A stretch of DNA of 64,000 nt from Amoebidium appalachense (lineage: Eukaryota; Protista; Ichthyosporea): contig CAVNZM010000005.1 in the NCBI GenBank assembly GCA_963693365.1, positions 3,595,716 through 3,659,715 of the forward strand, written 5' to 3'. The position numbers and the translations under genes are program-made. The notes beneath the pieces are model-generated. The model did no database searches and was not told the DNA's origin. It saw only the letters and a program-made list of their open reading frames with translations. This document shows, piece by piece, positions 42,146 to 64,000 of the stretch (position 1 is its first letter; each line of letters starts with the position of its first letter).

Positions 42146-43432
42146 ATGGCCGCCTGCAGAACTTTTCACCGCGGCACGCTTGCAGTGCCCTCCTTATTTG
42201 ACGGCTCCATGTCTTTACTGCGTGTGTCTCTTCGGATGCTGCTTCTGGCCTTGTTGGCTCCCAGCGCACTGGCCTGCAGCGAGCTCAAGCTGCGCTACGC
42301 CACGGCGCAGAACTACCACGTGTCGGCCCGCACCATGGACTGGGGCGCCCCGGACTTCAACAGCTACATCAACGTCGTGCCCCGCGGCACGCCCACCGAG
42401 CTCGTGCCGGTCAAGGGCTGCGACTGGTGCAACAGCACGCCAGCCGTCAGCACCGTGCACGGCTACGTCTTCCTGGACGGCCTGCGCAATCCCACGGCCT
42501 CCCTGGACGGCCTCAACGAGGCCGGGCTGTCTGCCGCCATGCTGCTGCTCGACGCCACCACCTACCCGCAGCCGCTGCAGACCGACCCGCGGCCCGTGCT
42601 GGGCTCGTACAGCCTGGTCAGGTACATGCTGGCCGTGTGCGACACCGTGGCCTGCGTGCGCCGCCAGTTTGAGACCCACCAGATTGCCGAGGGCCACCTG
42701 CCCGAGCTGGACATCTTTGCCTCCCGCGGCGGCCGGCTGGGGGGCCACCTGCAGTTCCACGACACGGCCGGCCAGTCGCTGGTGGTGGAGTTCATCGGCA
42801 CGCAGAACGCCACACTGGCGCCCGAGTGCTTTGCCTCGGCCGACACCATCCACAGCAGGGCCAAGGAGGCCGGGGCGCGGGTGTGCATGTACGACAGCCG
42901 CAACGTCATGACCATGACCAACGACCCCACGTGGGAGGGCATGCGGGCGGAGCTGCGGGCACGGCTTAACGGCACCGACTATGCGGATGTGGCGGTGGTT
43001 TCCAACGCCACGCTCGAGGCCGCCATGCACGGGGCCGGCAGCTACTCGCCCGAGGACCGCCTGGTGCAGATGGCCATGCTGCAGGAGAGTGCCGTGCGCA
43101 GCGGGGGCGCCTGGGCTGGCGCGCTGGGGCCCCACCAGCCGTCATACGTGTCCAGCGACCCGGCAGTGGACCACGTGAGCGCGGCCACGGCCATGATTGG
43201 CCGCGTGTCGCTGGCCAAGGGCGCCGACGACTGGACCACGGCCTGGACCGTGGTGCGCGACCACAGCGCCCGGCGGCTGTACTTCTCCACGCCAGCCGTG
43301 CGCAACCTGCAGATGATCGACCTCACAAAGCTGCGCCTGCACGACCCCACGGCAACACGCCTGGCCATCCCCATGGCCTTCCACACCGGCCCCCAGTACA
43401 ATGACGTCACACACGCACTGTTTGCTCATTAG
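42146..43432 (+). CDS. Choloylglycine hydrolase / linear amide C-N hydrolase (Ntn hydrolase), secreted, copy 2
   Basis: The mature domain is almost identical to copy 1 (amino-acid differences HQP vs HQL and TAT vs TTI) but the leader differs. The start could be the ATG at 42146, 42209 or 42236. Confidence 0.9.
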   Translation: MAACRTFHRGTLAVPSLFDGSMSLLRVSLRMLLLALLAPSALACSELKLRYATAQNYHVSARTMDWGAPDFNSYINVVPRGTPTELVPVKGCDWCNSTPAVSTVHGYVFLDGLRNPTASLDGLNEAGLSAAMLLLDATTYPQPLQTDPRPVLGSYSLVRYMLAVCDTVACVRRQFETHQIAEGHLPELDIFASRGGRLGGHLQFHDTAGQSLVVEFIGTQNATLAPECFASADTIHSRAKEAGARVCMYDSRNVMTMTNDPTWEGMRAELRARLNGTDYADVAVVSNATLEAAMHGAGSYSPEDRLVQMAMLQESAVRSGGAWAGALGPHQPSYVSSDPAVDHVSAATAMIGRVSLAKGADDWTTAWTVVRDHSARRLYFSTPAVRNLQMIDLTKLRLHDPTATRLAIPMAFHTGPQYNDVTHALFAH

Positions 43433-44150
43433 TTAGCTTGCAAGATACTGCGGATTCTGCTTGTTATCTCTGTTACAAATATAGTGACTATTTTAAGAAA
43501 ACTTAAAAAAAAGCAAAGAAGGCATGCTGCTTGCCACAGAGATTTTTAATTTAAGCTACATAACGAATCTTGCGGTATGTATAAATTGCAATAGTATGCA
43601 TATGCATGAATGTCCTCACTTCACTATAGGCCCGGGACTGATATCGTTGTGGTTGCACGAAAACTAGAAATTACAGCGCTTATCGTTTCTATACGCTGAG
43701 AATTCCAACTTAAATCTAAATACTATACCTGCTACGGTGTGAATTTGCCTGACCGGTCGAACCCACTGTGAACCAATTGCTTTGTTTGACCTCAGAAATT
43801 CCAAATAAAGAAAGGAACGCCGCTGTAAAATAATTTGCGAATTGTTCCAAAAAAAGTGCCTAGAAATTAACGCGCTTATCGTTTCTATACGCTGAGAATC
43901 CCAACTTAAATCTAAATACTATACTAGCTACGGTGTGAATTTGCCTGACCGGTCGAACCCACTGTGAACCAATTGCTTTGTTTGACCTCAGAAATTCCAA
44001 ATAAAGAAAGGAACGAACTGTAAAATAATTTGCGAATTGTTCCAAAAAAAGTGCCGCTGCAGAGAAGCGTATTAGGACGGAACGAATGGAAAGTGCCTGC
44101 TGGTATACTCTTTTTATGGTCGTTATTTGTAATTTCCCTCTTTTTGATGG

Positions 44151-44231
<81 letters not shown>

Positions 44232-44706
44232 ACAGTGTGTGTGTGTGTGTGTGTGTGTGTATGTAGTGTGTTGGAGGGGTGGCGGAGGGAGGGTGGTGGT
44301 GGTGGTGGTGGTGGTGGTGGTGTGTGTGTGTGTGTATGGGGGGGGGGGGGGGGGGGGGGGGGAGAAGAGTAGAGCATAGCCAAAAGCTCTTCTGAAAAAC
44401 CACCACACCAACAACTGATCGAAACTTGCGGTGGGCGTATGCGTTTTGTGTGAAAGTGTCCAAAGAGTCGAACCATTGTGAACAGAGTTTGCTTTAACTT
44501 CCACGTGATTCAAAAACTTAATAATGAAAGGTCGAACTAGCTGTATTTGCAGATGTTCCCTCAAAAAAGTGCCGCTGCTGCGAACTGTATTTGAAAGAGC
44601 GAAGAGAAAGTGCTGGCTAAGTTACTGTTATTGTGGTTTTTTTGTTGGTTCTTTCCCCCTTTTTTGTTGTGTGTGTGTGTGTATGTGCGTGCACATGTGT
44701 CTGTGT

Positions 44707-44797
<91 letters not shown>

Positions 44798-45591
44798 CAA
44801 AGTATTTGGGGAGGGAAAGAGGGAGGGATGGAGTTGGCTCATTGGTTGGTTGGTTGGTTGGTTGGGGGGGTGGGGAGGGGTGGGGGGAGGGGGGGTGGGG
44901 GGGGTGGGGGGTGGGGGGGCTGAGGGGGAGGGGGGAAGGCCCAATAGCCAAAAGTGTTTCGAAAGACCGGTACTCCACACCAAAGCCGGATGGAAGCTTG
45001 AGTTGGGCATCAAACTTTTTTCTTTTTCTTTTATTCTTTCTTTTTCTTTTTCTTTATCTTTTTCTGTTCTTTTCTTTCTTTCTTTCTTTCTTGTTTGTGT
45101 TGTGTGTTTGTGTGTGTGTGTGTGTTGGGGGGGGGGGGGGGGGGGGGGGGGCATTACAACTATGTAAACAAAATTCTGCAAAACCCACCAAACATCTGCA
45201 AAACCCGCCATGCAAAGGCAACCAAAACATTCCGCTTTTGCCCCCCCCCCCCCCTTCCCTCCTCCTCCTCCTCCTCCCGCCAACCACCACCACCACCACC
45301 ACCCGGATCTCGAGCTCTCCAATCAGCCTCTGCGCATGCTCGGACCCACATATGGATCAACCCTGGCTCCAGCTACAGCCAGTCGGAATAGCGCATTTTG
45401 AAATAGATACTCCGGCTCTTCGGCCGGGATTTTTTTTAACACTTTCTTGTATATATGATTGGATCAACGGTTTAAGTTTATTTTACTTTTTTGGAAGGCT
45501 CAATTAGAGGGATCGGGTGAGTGCACGTGGGTGGGTGGTGGAGGGGAGGGGGGGGGGGAGGGGTGGTGGTGGTGGTGGTGGTGGTGGTGAT

Positions 45592-45630
<39 letters not shown>

Positions 45631-46368
45631 TAAAACGATATGACCCAGCTGAGGCCGGCACCCAGAACGATGCTGAAAAAGATTCACTATGTGGAAACTT
45701 TTAAGCCCAGGGCTGAATCTGACAGGAGGTCCCAGATAGGGGTTTAGACCTCGGTATTTGTTTAGCTGTACGTGTGCAACGTTTCTGTTTGAAATTATAT
45801 TTCTTGGTGTGCGCATGCGTGCATGGTGCTCATTGTTATTATAGCTGTTACCTTGGTCCACGTCAAGTTACTCGGCATGTATGCATGTAAATTCTAGAAA
45901 CGTTTATTTCACTCTATGTAGTCTTGTATGAGGATACAATTATATGCGTTCATTGTTATTCAGTCAGCAAAAAACGTCTATCATATTCATACTGTACTGT
46001 TTTTGCCCTAACTGGCCGCGGATTGCTGAAAGAGCATGCTAAAGACTACACAGTCAATCACGGTATATATCATCAGTAAAAAAACAAAAAAACGCTGTCT
46101 GCATGAGCAATAATTACATTGCAAAAACATATTACCAAGTTGAAAGCACTATGAACTATCATACGAAATCATACAAATACATCTTCGCAAGCGCAAGCCG
46201 TATCAGTCTATCAATTCAGAAGCGCATACAAGTTACCGCGCAATACACAAACTGTTAACTTTTCATCACCAAAAGAAAACACAGAGACCAAGAATCAATA
46301 TCGCACAACACAACACTGTTTACAAAAAAAGAACACTCTCTACGTACAAATCCCACATCAATACTAAA

Positions 46369-64000
<17,632 letters not shown>

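Larger units (their letters stand above)
38511..44230. repeat. Large inverted duplication (arms ~38511-40304 and ~42255-44230; unique ~1.95 kb spacer)
   Basis: The hydrolase CDS, 3' UTR and downstream flank are mirrored out to the (CA)n/(TG)n tracts. The right arm has an extra ~196-bp tandem duplication (43664-43860 / 43860-44055). Confidence 0.93.

Overview
Eukaryotic nuclear DNA with spliceosomal introns and very dense (CA)n/(TG)n, (GA)n and poly-C/poly-G tracts. The NCoR-like SANT2 sequence hints at a holozoan or other opisthokont host (inference). About 1-11.5 kb is a transposon graveyard: a 5'-truncated non-LTR element plus degraded tyrosine-recombinase (DIRS/Ngaro-like) pieces. Genes then follow in order: an intronless AAAP amino-acid permease (-), a U2B''/U1A-family snRNP protein (+), RPL14 (-) head-to-head with RPL5 (+), VTA1 (-), two near-identical intronless secreted choloylglycine-hydrolase-family (Ntn) genes inside a ~5.7 kb palindrome, and a large NCoR/SMRT-like two-SANT gene with AT-hooks (-, running off the right edge). 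RPL5 intron 2 holds two tandem U17/snR30 snoRNAs with compensatory base changes. Other highlights are a dispersed element family whose copies all end in poly-C/G tracts, introns whose acceptors use (CA)n instead of a polypyrimidine tract, a LINE 3' stem-loop with covariation, and several MITEs. Most ORFs in the supplied track are microsatellite or homopolymer artefacts. Exon coordinates were read by eye and may be off by a few bases.
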